Shown here: positions 36,822-47,070 of the stretch, piece after piece
How the letters are laid out: every line of letters begins with the position of its first letter
How positions within the stretch are numbered: position 1 is the first letter of the stretch
Position numbers and translations under genes: made by a program
Assembly (NCBI GenBank): GCA_021163425.1
Contig: JAGGWS010000067.1
Span: 1-61,633 of the forward strand
Source of the DNA: Candidatus Omnitrophota bacterium
Lineage (GTDB): Bacteria; Omnitrophota; Gorgyraeia; Duberdicusellales; Duberdicusellaceae
Length of the DNA: 61,633 nucleotides
Direction: 5' to 3'
The notes under the pieces: generated by a model
Databases searched by the model: none
What the model saw: the letters and a program-made list of their open reading frames with translations, nothing else
What the model was told of the DNA's origin: nothing

Positions 36822-39107
36822 CTATTTCCAAAGTCTTTTGTAAGTAAAATAAGCTTTTCTCAGTTGCCTTAAAAAGGGCGAACTTCTTCCATCTCCCTGA
36901 GAACACAGGCCTAACCATTCTTCGTGCATATAACCATCTAAAAATGGCCCATTAAATAAGCCTTTCTTATCATGGTAGGAAGGTTCATAAGCTTTCCACC
37001 ACTCATCCAGCCATTCAAAGACTATCCCTCCTAAAGCATTCCCTTCTCCAGAACCAGCCAAATTATTCTGAATATCCTCCCAACAACCCTGGTGGTACTC
37101 AGCCTGAAACTCTTCAGCTTCTGGTAAACTCCAGCCTTGAGCATAAGCAGGCGCGCCAAATTCAGTAATAACTACTGGCTTATCACAGCATTCTCTCACA
37201 TCGCTCCACAAAAAGCCAAAACCATATTTACCTCTATAAGCATTCGTTCCAAATATATCTACATCCGGACAATACTTACTAAATACATCCAGATAAAGAG
37301 TATCTCCCCAGACTACACCTACCGGCCGAGTAGGATCCAATTCTTTTATTAACTTAGCGGCTCTATTTAAAAATTTAGCAAAACTTACGGGGTCTTTATC
37401 AGCATTACAACCTAAACCATAGAGATTTTCGTTGCCTACAACCCAGATTAGAATATAAGGTTCGCCTTTGAACTCTTCTACCATTTCTCGCACTGATTTA
37501 AGCATATTCTCCTGATGTTCAGGATTGGAATAATCTGTACCTTCTGACCACTCCGCTCCTGAACCCAAGGTATACTTACCCAAAAAATCACCCATTATTA
37601 CCATTATACCATAATCTTTATAGAGCTTTCTTAAAAGCTGTTTGTCGGGTTTATGAGGCTGATGATAGACTCTTATACAATTTACTCCCATTTCTTTCAG
37701 TAAAGTAAAATCTCCTGTTTTCTTTTCGTCTTCATCTTTTTTATTATTTCTATTTTTATCTACCCAAGCCTCAAAAGGCGCATCTATTAATCCGTTATTA
37801 TTTATATCCTGAGTCATCCATTGAGAAAGAGTTCCTTCGTCAGGAGATTCACCTACCCGGGTAGGAGCATAAGTTATGCCCTTTATTATAAAGGGTTTAT
37901 TATCTACCAGCAACTCCCAATCTCCGGACTCATACTGGACTAATTTAACTTTTGAACCTATTTCTCTCCTGACTTTACCAAGACATCTCTTCTTTTTAAA
38001 ATTGAAAAAGTTCATAATTCTTTTCTTAACAAATCTTCCTGGATTAACAATAAAAATATCGTTGCTTACATCGTGGTCAAAACCATTTATTACCTTAATA
38101 TAACTGGACTTCAACTCTAATCCTAATTCGGGATGCTTTCTTAAAAGGTATTTAATTCTGGTGATAGCAGCTCTTCCTATATACCAGGGAGTACCCCAAT
38201 AAGTCTTGCCATAAGCTTGAGGAAAATGAACTACTACTGCATAATAGGCTTTTATTGCCTGCTTTATCAAGCCTGACCTTTCTAATAAATCAGCTAAATA
38301 AAATTGTTTTACTCCCCAAGGTTCGGCACAGATATTCCATTTATAAAAAGCTAAGCTCAAATCTCGGGAATTCAAAATCTTCCAGTGGTCAAGTTTAAAA
38401 AGTCTCTTTTTTACTTTGACAAATTCAGGGTCATATCTAAAAGAAGTAGTATTGGGATAAACCCCCTCCCCACAGGCAGAACTTAATCCTTCAGGGTCTT
38501 CTATTAAATATTTATAATCTTTTGTGCCTAAGCCGGAAAACTTTCCATATTTTTCGTAATTTACTGGAAATTCCTCACCGGGATCAGCTAAGACTATTTT
38601 AGTAATAACTACTTTCTCTTCTTCCTCCTCTTCTATTATGCCTGTTTTAAGTTTTTTCAGGGTAATCTCTGCCTTCTCCTTTAAGGACCAGAACCAGCCC
38701 CGAGGATCCCAGGCCTGAGCATAAGGATACTTCTCTATAATTGTATTAAAAGCCTCAACTGCCTCCTCAATCTTACCCTGGCGCATCAAGGCTTCACCTT
38801 TAATAAAATAACAAGTAGCTAAATCATTCATTACCTTATATACATTCTCTTTTCCTTTAGGAGGAAAACCCCTTAAAGACTGAGAAATTTTATCTGCATC
38901 TTTTTTAAATTCAGCTATACACTCATCAGTAAGTTCATAAACCCTCTCAAAATTTCTTCTCCCTAACTCTTCCCAACTCTGGTTTACATATTCTCCTGAA
39001 TCTTGCCCTTGAGAAAAAACCTTAAAGAGAAAACATAATATAAAAATAAAACTACCTCCCAGAAAACTAATTTTTAATTTTGAAATTCTCCTCATCTTAA
39101 TCAACAT
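36822..39107 (-). CDS. TPR-like N-terminal region fused to a clan GH-A-like glycoside hydrolase domain
   Basis: 761 aa. Signal/anchor sequence. NCIRVYHQP, VGNENLYG, VITEFGAP, FEWLDEWWK. Confidence 0.65.
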   Translation of the reverse strand: MLIKMRRISKLKISFLGGSFIFILCFLFKVFSQGQDSGEYVNQSWEELGRRNFERVYELTDECIAEFKKDADKISQSLRGFPPKGKENVYKVMNDLATCYFIKGEALMRQGKIEEAVEAFNTIIEKYPYAQAWDPRGWFWSLKEKAEITLKKLKTGIIEEEEEEKVVITKIVLADPGEEFPVNYEKYGKFSGLGTKDYKYLIEDPEGLSSACGEGVYPNTTSFRYDPEFVKVKKRLFKLDHWKILNSRDLSLAFYKWNICAEPWGVKQFYLADLLERSGLIKQAIKAYYAVVVHFPQAYGKTYWGTPWYIGRAAITRIKYLLRKHPELGLELKSSYIKVINGFDHDVSNDIFIVNPGRFVKKRIMNFFNFKKKRCLGKVRREIGSKVKLVQYESGDWELLVDNKPFIIKGITYAPTRVGESPDEGTLSQWMTQDINNNGLIDAPFEAWVDKNRNNKKDEDEKKTGDFTLLKEMGVNCIRVYHQPHKPDKQLLRKLYKDYGIMVIMGDFLGKYTLGSGAEWSEGTDYSNPEHQENMLKSVREMVEEFKGEPYILIWVVGNENLYGLGCNADKDPVSFAKFLNRAAKLIKELDPTRPVGVVWGDTLYLDVFSKYCPDVDIFGTNAYRGKYGFGFLWSDVRECCDKPVVITEFGAPAYAQGWSLPEAEEFQAEYHQGCWEDIQNNLAGSGEGNALGGIVFEWLDEWWKAYEPSYHDKKGLFNGPFLDGYMHEEWLGLCSQGDGRSSPFLRQLRKAYFTYKRLWK

Positions 39108-40626
39108 CCCTTAAGGAAGACCGCCTCTCTCCTTTCCGTCTTTCCTGCTGGCGTCTCTCTATCTCTACTGGCCTTTTTTCTTTACGCCTCTCTACTCTAC
39201 GCCTCTCTACTTCCTTTCTAATCTCATAAGCTCTATCTTCAGAAATCTTAAAAGTCACCATAATCAAAATAGCTATTATTGAGGCTACAATAGGAATCCC
39301 TATATCACAAAGACGCATATAAAGAAGAGTTTGGCTACTCTGGTCAAGACCTAATTTTACATCAAATCCGGTTAAGTTCAAGAGAATACCCGAAGCTAAA
39401 GAAGAAACTGCCAACCCCAACTTCACCATCCACCAGTAAATAGCTCCAAACAGACCCTCTCTGCGGGTCCCTGTAGAAAGTTCATCGTAATCACAAACAT
39501 CAGCTATCATTGAACTGACTAAAGTAAAAAGAGAGCCTAACCCAAAAGCAATAAAAGGAGCTGATATTAATAAAAGATAAGGATAATCAGGGTTATACCC
39601 TACCCATTTCAAAGCATAACCTACTATAGATATAGAGAGAGTAGTTAGAAATGTCTTTCTTTTCCCAATCTTGGTAGAAAGCCAGGTAGCCAGAAAAATT
39701 ACACAGAAAGTGCAAAGAGAACTAACTGAACCAAACCAGCCTAAAAGTGTGCCTCCCTGAGCATAGGCTTTATCTAAACTGGGAGCGTGTTTAAAAATAT
39801 AGAAGAAAATAACATAAGCAGTAAAAGCTGAAGCCAGCATAAACCCATTAAAAACTAAAAAAGTAGCTGCACAAAGTTTAACAAAAGGTCTGCATTTAAA
39901 AGCTACCAAAAACCCCCGGAAAAAATCTTTAGTGATATTCCAGAGACCTTTACCTCTCTCCGGTTTAGGTAAATCAGCAAAACGCTCTTTAATGAAGACT
40001 GCCGGAAGTATACCCCCAAAAATAATAAAAGCTCCCACGCCTATAGAAAGAATTCGGGCTCCCTGAACAATATCAGTAAATAAGCCCTTGTTACTCATAA
40101 CCTTAAAGAACCAAGGAGCTACCAGCCAGGCAATTTGACCTACAAAGTTAGCTGCTCCCTGTAAACGAGTCCTTTCATGATAATCAGGAGTCATCTCATA
40201 ACCCAGAGCAATCCAGGGGATAGAAAAACAGGTAAACCCCAGAAAATAAAGGCACTGAAAACACAAAAAATACCAGAAATAAAAACTTTCGGAATACCCT
40301 TTATATAATTGAAACATTACTGCATAAAAAACTCCTCCCAGAATTGCTCCTAAAAATATTACTGGCCGGCGCCGGCCCCAGGGAGTGCGGATATTATCGG
40401 AGATATAACCAGTGACAGGATCAGAGATAGCATCAATAATCCTGGGAATAGCTCCTACTAAACCTACTAAAGCTGGATTTACTCCTAAACCTAAATTCAA
40501 GACAATAACCATAGCTCCCAAAGCAGCAGCCTGAATATTATTAACCAATCCTCCTATACTATAGACTGCTTTTTGAAAAATAGGAATGCGGTCCTCAGGA
40601 GCAGTAATGTGGTGAGTTTTTTTCAT
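39097..40626 (-). CDS. Glycoside-pentoside-hexuronide (GPH/MelB-type) cation symporter with Arg/Glu-rich tail
   Basis: About 12 TM. N-terminal IPIFQKAVYSIGGLVNNIQ is typical of the GPH family. C-terminal RKEVERRRVERRKEKRPVEIERRQQERRKGERR. SD AAGGAG. Confidence 0.75.
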   Translation of the reverse strand: MKKTHHITAPEDRIPIFQKAVYSIGGLVNNIQAAALGAMVIVLNLGLGVNPALVGLVGAIPRIIDAISDPVTGYISDNIRTPWGRRRPVIFLGAILGGVFYAVMFQLYKGYSESFYFWYFLCFQCLYFLGFTCFSIPWIALGYEMTPDYHERTRLQGAANFVGQIAWLVAPWFFKVMSNKGLFTDIVQGARILSIGVGAFIIFGGILPAVFIKERFADLPKPERGKGLWNITKDFFRGFLVAFKCRPFVKLCAATFLVFNGFMLASAFTAYVIFFYIFKHAPSLDKAYAQGGTLLGWFGSVSSLCTFCVIFLATWLSTKIGKRKTFLTTLSISIVGYALKWVGYNPDYPYLLLISAPFIAFGLGSLFTLVSSMIADVCDYDELSTGTRREGLFGAIYWWMVKLGLAVSSLASGILLNLTGFDVKLGLDQSSQTLLYMRLCDIGIPIVASIIAILIMVTFKISEDRAYEIRKEVERRRVERRKEKRPVEIERRQQERRKGERRSSLRDVD

Positions 40627-40654
40627 ATCTTTCTCCTTTCAATCTAAATAATCC

Positions 40655-41620
40655 TCATAATCCTACTTCAGCAGTTATGCCCCGAACAATATACTTCTGA
40701 AACAAAAGATAGATTACAATTACCGGGAGAGTAGTTATAGTAAGTGCAGCCATTAAAAGAGGATAGTTAGTTAAATGCTCTCCTCTAAACACTACTAAAG
40801 CCCTCTGTAAAGGCATAAAGTATTTACTGTCAAATACAACTAAAGCTAATAAATATTCATTCCAAACATTCAAAGTATTAAAAATAGCTACCACTCCTAA
40901 AATAGGCTTAGCAAAAGGTAAAGCAATATTCCACCATATCCTCAACTTAGAACAGCCATCTATACGGGCAATATCTTCTAACTCCTGAGGCATTTTATCC
41001 AAGAAAGTTTTAAATAAAAATATACTTAGAGGCAGGCCTCCGCTAATCATACAGAGAATATAACCTAAAGGGGTGTTGCGGAGGTGGAGTTTATTTAATA
41101 ACACATATAGAGGCACAAAATTTCCTGGAGTAGGAATCATCATTGCTCCTATAAAAATTATGAAGATAAGATTTTTAGCGGGAAAGTTGAGACGGGAAAA
41201 AGCATATCCGGCTAAAGAAGCAATAATTATTATTGAGAAGACCACACTCCCCGTATAAAAAATGCTATTTAAAAAATAGCGGCCAAAATTTTCTTGAGTA
41301 AGGACGCGATAATAATTTTCAAAATGAAATCTCTCAGGGATAAGAGAAAGGTTAGTAAATATTGTCTGTTGGGTCTTAAAGCTGGAGAAAACCATCCAGA
41401 GAAGAGGATAAATACAGCTTACTGCCACTACTAACAAGAATAGATGGATAATTGCAGTAAACCCTGCACCACGACTTAACCCCGCCCTTCCAAGGAAAGG
41501 AGAGGATGGCTTTTGGGCGTGACCTTTCAGAATCTTTCTCTTCATCTGCGGATTTACATCTTTGGCTTTCTGATGGTGCAGGGTAAAAGTGTATTTTTTA
41601 AGCCAGGAGTTTATCTCCAT
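40655..41620 (-). CDS. Carbohydrate ABC transporter permease (MalG type)
   Basis: Polytopic, follows the MalF-type permease by 3 nt. The N-terminal roughly 50 aa are unusual, so the true start may be an internal Met. Confidence 0.75.
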   Translation of the reverse strand: MEINSWLKKYTFTLHHQKAKDVNPQMKRKILKGHAQKPSSPFLGRAGLSRGAGFTAIIHLFLLVVAVSCIYPLLWMVFSSFKTQQTIFTNLSLIPERFHFENYYRVLTQENFGRYFLNSIFYTGSVVFSIIIIASLAGYAFSRLNFPAKNLIFIIFIGAMMIPTPGNFVPLYVLLNKLHLRNTPLGYILCMISGGLPLSIFLFKTFLDKMPQELEDIARIDGCSKLRIWWNIALPFAKPILGVVAIFNTLNVWNEYLLALVVFDSKYFMPLQRALVVFRGEHLTNYPLLMAALTITTLPVIVIYLLFQKYIVRGITAEVGL

Positions 41621-41623
41621 AAT

Positions 41624-42517
41624 TTAAATTAGATCCCGTACTTTCTTAAAAAACTTATATTGAATAAAAGAAGCTACTACTAAAATAATCCCTAAATTAA
41701 TACCCAAAGCACAGGCATAACCAAAACGCGAAGAATTCCGCATAACCCAGAGTATCCTTAGCACTGGCACTGAAGTATACCCGGCAAGCTCTCCTCCCAC
41801 CAGACTAATTATCAATACAAATGACTGCATTGTTCCTAAAATAGTTAAGATAGCTACCAGGATAATTACCGGTACCAGTAAAGGAAAGGTTATATTCTTA
41901 AATACCTGCCAGCTATTAGCTCCGTCTACTCGGGCAGATTCATAAAACTCTCGAGGAATAGTCTGCAGCCCGGCCAGAAAAATCAAAAAAGCCCAGCCAA
42001 ACCCTTTCCAGGAATGGACTAAAGCCACTACATTCAAGGCAGTATTAGGGTCAGAAAGCCAGGCCCGGACAAACTGGTGTAAACCTAAATAGGCTAAAAC
42101 CTGGTTAACAATATTAGCTCCATCCACATCATTAATAATAAACCGCCAAACCATACCTACTACAACCTCCGAAAGAATAGGAGGAATAAAAAATATTATC
42201 CGGTAAACACCTCTTAAGACTATCCTCTTACTGCAAGCTAAAGCTAAGAGAAAAGCTAAACTATTCTGAAAAGTAAGAGCAATAAAAGTAATCCAGCCAG
42301 CATTACTAACTGAGCGCCACCAATTAGAATCCCGGAAAATTATCTCTTTAAAATTGGCTAAACCTACAAAAGTAGCTGAACTCAACCTTCCAATACCATC
42401 CCACTCAAAAAGACTTAACCGAAAAATAAAGAAAAAAGGGACAATATAGAATATAATAAATATACCCACTGCCGGGAGAATAAAAGTATAATCCTCCAAT
42501 ACCTGCCGCAATTTCAT
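41624..42517 (-). CDS. Carbohydrate ABC transporter permease (MalF type)
   Basis: 297 aa, 6 TM, abuts the SBP gene (0-nt gap). Confidence 0.78.
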   Translation of the reverse strand: MKLRQVLEDYTFILPAVGIFIIFYIVPFFFIFRLSLFEWDGIGRLSSATFVGLANFKEIIFRDSNWWRSVSNAGWITFIALTFQNSLAFLLALACSKRIVLRGVYRIIFFIPPILSEVVVGMVWRFIINDVDGANIVNQVLAYLGLHQFVRAWLSDPNTALNVVALVHSWKGFGWAFLIFLAGLQTIPREFYESARVDGANSWQVFKNITFPLLVPVIILVAILTILGTMQSFVLIISLVGGELAGYTSVPVLRILWVMRNSSRFGYACALGINLGIILVVASFIQYKFFKKVRDLI

Positions 42518-43822
42518 TTAATTACTCTTTTTAGCTAATTCTCTTTCCTTTACTCTCTGGACCTCTTCAGCTACAACCTCCGGGGTTTTTTTGCCCAGGA
42601 TTATTGCTTGAATACCTCGGGCTAAGGTCTCATTAACCAACGGAGATTCCCAGACATCCCAGCTATTAGGGTGGGTGGATTTCTCCAATAACCGAGAAAA
42701 ACTCACCAAAATCTGAGGTAAACTCTCCTTACATTCTTTAATTGCCGGTAGATTATTAGTCTCTCTCACTAAATAACTTTGTTGTTCAGGAGCAGTGAGC
42801 CACTTTAAAAATTTAACTGCTTCCTCTCTATAGGGAGAATGAGCATTAACCATAAAAGAAGAGCCCGCCCCTCCCCAGACTAACAAAGGAAACTTATTAG
42901 AAATGCGGGGAGGCAACATTACTCCGTAGTCTAAATCAGGATTCATACCTTTATAAACATTAACACACCAGGAACCATTAAAGGCAAATACTGCTTTTTC
43001 ATTAGCAAAAATCTGCTCAGCAGTTTTATTAACCATACTTACCACTTTACTAGTAATAATCCCTGAATTCTTCATCTCTTCAAATAATCTTAAAACCTCA
43101 ATCCAGGCAGGATCAGTATAAGGGACCTCTCCCCGAATAGTAGCCAAGACTTTTTCTTCGCCCATAATATTAAAAGCATAATTTTGGGCAAAACAATAAA
43201 TCAGCCAGAGTTCGCCCCATCCCGAGACCAAACCCTGCAATTTCTCTTCTTTTATTTTTCTTCCTAAGTCTAAAAATTCCTCAAAATTCTGAGGTGGCTG
43301 AGAAGAATCAAGCCCCAACTTTCTTAATAAATTTTTATTATAAACTATAGTTATAGCTACCATATCTATAGGCACAGCATATATACCGGGATTCACTCCG
43401 TAAGTATTACCCTGAGAAAACTCATTCACAGCTAAAGCCTGAGGAAAAAATCTATTACGCCAGGAAGAATCTCCTTCTTCCATATAGGGGGTAAGGTCTA
43501 AAATATATCCAGCCTTAATAAGAGAGGCAAAATCTCTTTTTTCACTTAAAACCCCAAAAATATCGGGCAAATTCCCTCCTTGAGCAGCTGCCCGCACTTT
43601 TTGGGAATAAGCCTCGGAAGGTGCATAGAGTTGAAAATCTACCTGAATACCTGTTTGAGCCTGATAACTCTGGGCTAATTCTTGAAAGGCAGGCTGACGG
43701 TCAGTCATCCAGTGCCAGATAACTATCCTCTTTTTTCTGGCTTCTGGAGGAGAGCACCCTAAAAAGAACAAACTTAACAATAATATCCCCCCTCTTACAG
43801 AATTCACCTTACCAGGCTTCAT
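42518..43822 (-). CDS. Carbohydrate ABC transporter substrate-binding lipoprotein (family 1)
   Basis: Lipobox LFFLGCS. Family-1 SBP-like sequence. First gene of the ABC block. No cognate ATPase in the window. Confidence 0.78.
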   Translation of the reverse strand: MKPGKVNSVRGGILLLSLFFLGCSPPEARKKRIVIWHWMTDRQPAFQELAQSYQAQTGIQVDFQLYAPSEAYSQKVRAAAQGGNLPDIFGVLSEKRDFASLIKAGYILDLTPYMEEGDSSWRNRFFPQALAVNEFSQGNTYGVNPGIYAVPIDMVAITIVYNKNLLRKLGLDSSQPPQNFEEFLDLGRKIKEEKLQGLVSGWGELWLIYCFAQNYAFNIMGEEKVLATIRGEVPYTDPAWIEVLRLFEEMKNSGIITSKVVSMVNKTAEQIFANEKAVFAFNGSWCVNVYKGMNPDLDYGVMLPPRISNKFPLLVWGGAGSSFMVNAHSPYREEAVKFLKWLTAPEQQSYLVRETNNLPAIKECKESLPQILVSFSRLLEKSTHPNSWDVWESPLVNETLARGIQAIILGKKTPEVVAEEVQRVKERELAKKSN

Positions 43823-43854
43823 TAAGCTTACCCAAAAATTTAAAAAAGTATTAA

Positions 43855-43884
43855 ATTATACCATAAAAAGAAGCTCACTGACAA
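43855..43884 (-). promoter_or_regulatory. Putative extended -10 promoter of the sugar ABC genes
   Basis: Minus strand TTGTCA(43884-43879)-N18-(TGg)TATAAT(43860-43855). About 32-nt leader. Confidence 0.45.
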
Positions 43885-43915
43885 TATCAAAATCAAATTT
43901 TTTGAAGCCTTATAT

Positions 43916-43978
43916 TAACTTGACATTTTACTTTCAAAGTATTTTGTCAAGTTACGCTGGTGATTGGTTATTGGTTCA
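43916..43978 (+). repeat. Mosaic repeat locus E: one palindrome + three heptamers
   Basis: TAACTTGACATTTTACTTTCAAAGTATTTTGTCAAGTTAC (43916-43955), GC, then TGGTGAT TGGTTAT TGGTTCA (43958-43978). Confidence 0.85.
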
Positions 43979-43986
43979 CGTTAGAA

Positions 43987-44445
43987 TTAAAGAGGGAAAA
44001 TATCCGCAGAAAGGCTGAGGGTGTCTAAAATCGCTACTGTAGGTTTTCCCGATAACCAGCCACAAGCCTCTCCGGGATTAACAATAAGGGTATTTTCCTG
44101 TCTCTCTACCTGGGGTAAATGAGTATGGCCAAAAATTATTACTTCAGCAGGTAATTCCTGAAATTCGTGAATTAAGGCTATCTTCTTAGAATCAAGTTCT
44201 AAAAATAAAGGTCCCTCTTCAATCTTGCCTCCTGAGGCTTTTAAGAGCCCTTTTCTTTCTCCATCGTTATTTCCAAAAACTCCTCTCCAGGGAGACTGCA
44301 ATTCTTTTAAGGGCTTTAGAGAAAAGGGGGCTACAAAGTCTCCAGCGTGAAGAACCAACTCCACTTTCCTTTCATTAAAAAACTCCACTGCCCTTTTAAT
44401 TAAAGGAAGGTTATCGTGAGTATCAGAAATTAAACCAATCTTCAT
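43987..44445 (-). CDS. YfcE/MJ0936-family metallophosphoesterase
   Basis: Motifs SDTHDN, HAGDF, GNNDG, GHTH. 152 aa. Confidence 0.82.
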   Translation of the reverse strand: MKIGLISDTHDNLPLIKRAVEFFNERKVELVLHAGDFVAPFSLKPLKELQSPWRGVFGNNDGERKGLLKASGGKIEEGPLFLELDSKKIALIHEFQELPAEVIIFGHTHLPQVERQENTLIVNPGEACGWLSGKPTVAILDTLSLSADIFPL

Positions 44446-44446
44446 T

Positions 44447-44851
44447 TTAAGGAGAGAAAAATGAAGACTTATCCAAAACCTCTTCTTCTACAAATATAGG
44501 CGCTCCTGCTCTTACTGCTAAAGCAATACTATCAGAAGGCCGAGCATCTACTCTCCTGGTTAAACCTTTATCCGTTTTTAGTATTAATTTAGCATGAAAA
44601 GTAGAATCTACCAGCTTATCTATTATAACTTTCTCTAATCTGGCTTCTAAGTTATCAATTATTGATTTAAGTAAATCATGAGTAAGGGGCCGGGGTGGAG
44701 TAAACCCGCCAAACTTCATTCTTATGGCTGCTGCCTCATTTATCCCAATAACTATAGGTAAAAGCCTTGAGCCCTGTTTCTCCTTTAAAACAACTACCTG
44801 TTCTTGAGACTTCTCATCAATTATTATTTTAGATACTTCAACTTCTACCAT
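44447..44851 (-). CDS. Bifunctional nuclease (BFN/DUF151) family protein
   Basis: VVLKEKQGSRLLPIVIGINEAAAI and PRPLTHDLL are characteristic of the family. Confidence 0.75.
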   Translation of the reverse strand: MVEVEVSKIIIDEKSQEQVVVLKEKQGSRLLPIVIGINEAAAIRMKFGGFTPPRPLTHDLLKSIIDNLEARLEKVIIDKLVDSTFHAKLILKTDKGLTRRVDARPSDSIALAVRAGAPIFVEEEVLDKSSFFSP

Positions 44852-44864
44852 TTCCTTAAATAAA

Positions 44865-45329
44865 TTAAGAGAGTCTTCTTTTACTTAGAATATCCTTAAG
44901 TTCGCGCATAAACTCATTCACATCTTTAAATTGCCGATATACTGAGGCAAAGCGCACATAAGCAACATCATCTAAGCGGGCTAATCTCTGAATTACTAAT
45001 TCTCCTATTACCTTTGACTCTATTTCCCGGTCGTATTTTTTCTGAATCTCCTTTTCTACCTCCTCTACTAAAGACTCAAGCTGAGCCATACTAATGGGTC
45101 TTTTTTGAGAAGCCTTAATTAATCCCTGCAAAATTTTATTTCTATCAAAGGGTTCTCTTCGAGAATCTTTCTTTATTACCATAAGAGGGATCTTTTCTAT
45201 ATATTCATAGGTAGTAAATCTCTTCCCACACTGAAGACACTCTCTCCTCCTTCTTATAGAGGAATCGTCCTGGATTGAACGAGAATCAATAACTTTATCC
45301 TCTTTATGACCGCAAAAAGGGCACTTCAT
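44865..45329 (-). CDS. nrdR: Transcriptional repressor NrdR
   Basis: MKCPFCGH...[12 protein letters not shown] zinc ribbon plus ATP-cone. 154 aa. Confidence 0.92.
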   Translation of the reverse strand: MKCPFCGHKEDKVIDSRSIQDDSSIRRRRECLQCGKRFTTYEYIEKIPLMVIKKDSRREPFDRNKILQGLIKASQKRPISMAQLESLVEEVEKEIQKKYDREIESKVIGELVIQRLARLDDVAYVRFASVYRQFKDVNEFMRELKDILSKRRLS

Positions 45330-45336
45330 CTCTAAT

Positions 45337-45795
45337 CTACCTTTTTATAATTCTGCGTAATTTTACCCCTGCTTCTTTGAGGAAATCTTTAGCCATTTCA
45401 TCAGGATAATTTCCCTCAAAGACTATTTCAGCTATCCCGGCATTTATTAACATTTTAGCACAGATTATACAAGGTGTCACGGTAACATATAGAGAAGCCC
45501 CCTGGGTAGAAACTCCGTAGAGAGCAGCCTGAAGTAAAACATTTTGCTCAGCATGTAGCCCCCGGCACAACTCATGTCTTTCTCCTGAGGGTACTTTAAG
45601 TTTTTCTCTCAAACAACCAGTAACTTCACAATGGGTTATATTGCGGGGCGCTCCATTATAACCTGTAGCTAATATTCTTTTGTCTCTTACTAATACCGCT
45701 CCTACTTTTCTTCTTAAACAGGTAGAGCGCTCACTTACTAAATAAGCTATCTTCATAAAATACTCATCCCAGTCTGGTCTCTTTGCCCTTTCCAT
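45337..45795 (-). CDS. Deoxycytidylate (dCMP) deaminase
   Basis: HAEQNVLL and PCIICAKML zinc motifs. 152 aa. Confidence 0.88.
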   Translation of the reverse strand: MERAKRPDWDEYFMKIAYLVSERSTCLRRKVGAVLVRDKRILATGYNGAPRNITHCEVTGCLREKLKVPSGERHELCRGLHAEQNVLLQAALYGVSTQGASLYVTVTPCIICAKMLINAGIAEIVFEGNYPDEMAKDFLKEAGVKLRRIIKR

Positions 45796-45804
45796 CTTTT
45801 AACC

Positions 45805-47070
45805 TTAAATTTCTATATCAGGATACAAAGGAAATCTTTTCACTAACTCTCCTACTTCTTCTTTAAGTCTATTTAAAATCTGTTGATTATCAAAAGAAGT
45901 TAAAGCCTTATAGATTATCTGAGAAATCTGTTTAACCTCCTCTTCTCCCATACCCCGGGTAGTAATTACTGGTGTTCCTATCCTAATCCCGCTACTCAGA
46001 CTGGGAGGTTTAGGGTCGTGAGGGATTAAGTTCTTATTAACAGTAATACCGATATCTTCTAAAACTAAAGAAGCTTTCTTACCGGAAATTCCAATCTTCC
46101 TTAAATCTAAGAGAAGTAAGTGAGAATCTGTTCCTCCACTAACTACTCTTAAGCCTAAATTTTTAAACTCTTCGCAAAAGGTCTTACAATTCTCTAAAAC
46201 TCTTTTCTGATACCTCTTAAATTCTCCAGTTTGAGCTTCCTTAAAACATACAGCCTTAGCCGCTATTATATGCATAAGAGGACCTCCCTGGATTCCCGGA
46301 AATAAAGCTGAATCTATAGCCTTAGAAAATTCTTTTTTAGCTAAGATAAATCCTCCCCGCGGACCACGCAGAGTCTTATGGGTAGTGGCAGTAACAAATT
46401 CAGCATAAGCACAGGGGTTAGGATAAAGACCAGCTGCCACTAACCCTGCAAAATGAGCCATATCTACCAGCAAGAAAGCTCCTACTTTATCAGCAATCTC
46501 TCTAAAGCGAGAAAAATCTATTATCCGGGGGTAGGCTGAAGCACCAGCTATAATAAGCTTAGGTTTAAATCTCTTAGCTAATTCTTCTACTTCTCCATAA
46601 TCAATCAACTCAGTCTCTCTATCTACTCCATAAGTAATCACCTTATAGAACTTTCCCGAAAAATTTAAAGGGTGTCCGTGAGAGAGATGACCTCCACAGG
46701 CTAAATCCATAGCCAGGATAGTATCTCCTGCTTCTAACACAGAAAACATAACTGCCATATTAGCTTGAGTCCCCGAGTGAGGCTGGACATTAGCATATTC
46801 AGAAGAAAAAAGAGATTTTACTCTCTGGCGGGCTAAATCTTCTGCTTCATCTACAAATCTACAGCCCCCATACCAGCGGGACTTAGGATAACCTTCAGCA
46901 TACTTGTTAGTCAAAGGAGAACTCTGAGCTTCCAAAATAGCTAAGGAGGCTGCATTTTCTGAAGCTATCAATTCTAAAGTATTTTCCTGCCTTAAAATTT
47001 CCTTCTTTATTGCTGAAAAAATCTGGGGGTCTTTTTCTTTCAAATGCCTAAAGTCCATAACCCTCCTCAA
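45805..47070 (-). CDS. glyA: Serine hydroxymethyltransferase
   Basis: [21 protein letters not shown] lysine in [12 protein letters not shown]. The start may be the internal ATG at 47058 (MDFRHL). Confidence 0.93.
   Translation of the reverse strand: MRRVMDFRHLKEKDPQIFSAIKKEILRQENTLELIASENAASLAILEAQSSPLTNKYAEGYPKSRWYGGCRFVDEAEDLARQRVKSLFSSEYANVQPHSGTQANMAVMFSVLEAGDTILAMDLACGGHLSHGHPLNFSGKFYKVITYGVDRETELIDYGEVEELAKRFKPKLIIAGASAYPRIIDFSRFREIADKVGAFLLVDMAHFAGLVAAGLYPNPCAYAEFVTATTHKTLRGPRGGFILAKKEFSKAIDSALFPGIQGGPLMHIIAAKAVCFKEAQTGEFKRYQKRVLENCKTFCEEFKNLGLRVVSGGTDSHLLLLDLRKIGISGKKASLVLEDIGITVNKNLIPHDPKPPSLSSGIRIGTPVITTRGMGEEEVKQISQIIYKALTSFDNQQILNRLKEEVGELVKRFPLYPDIEI

Noticed and set aside
43916-43955. 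Palindromic H unit as a classical Rho-independent terminator at operon ends
   Set aside because: The stem is AT-rich with a large bubbled loop and is not followed by a T tract on either strand. At locus D the orientation relative to the genes is inverted. A role in termination is not excluded, but it cannot be called from sequence.
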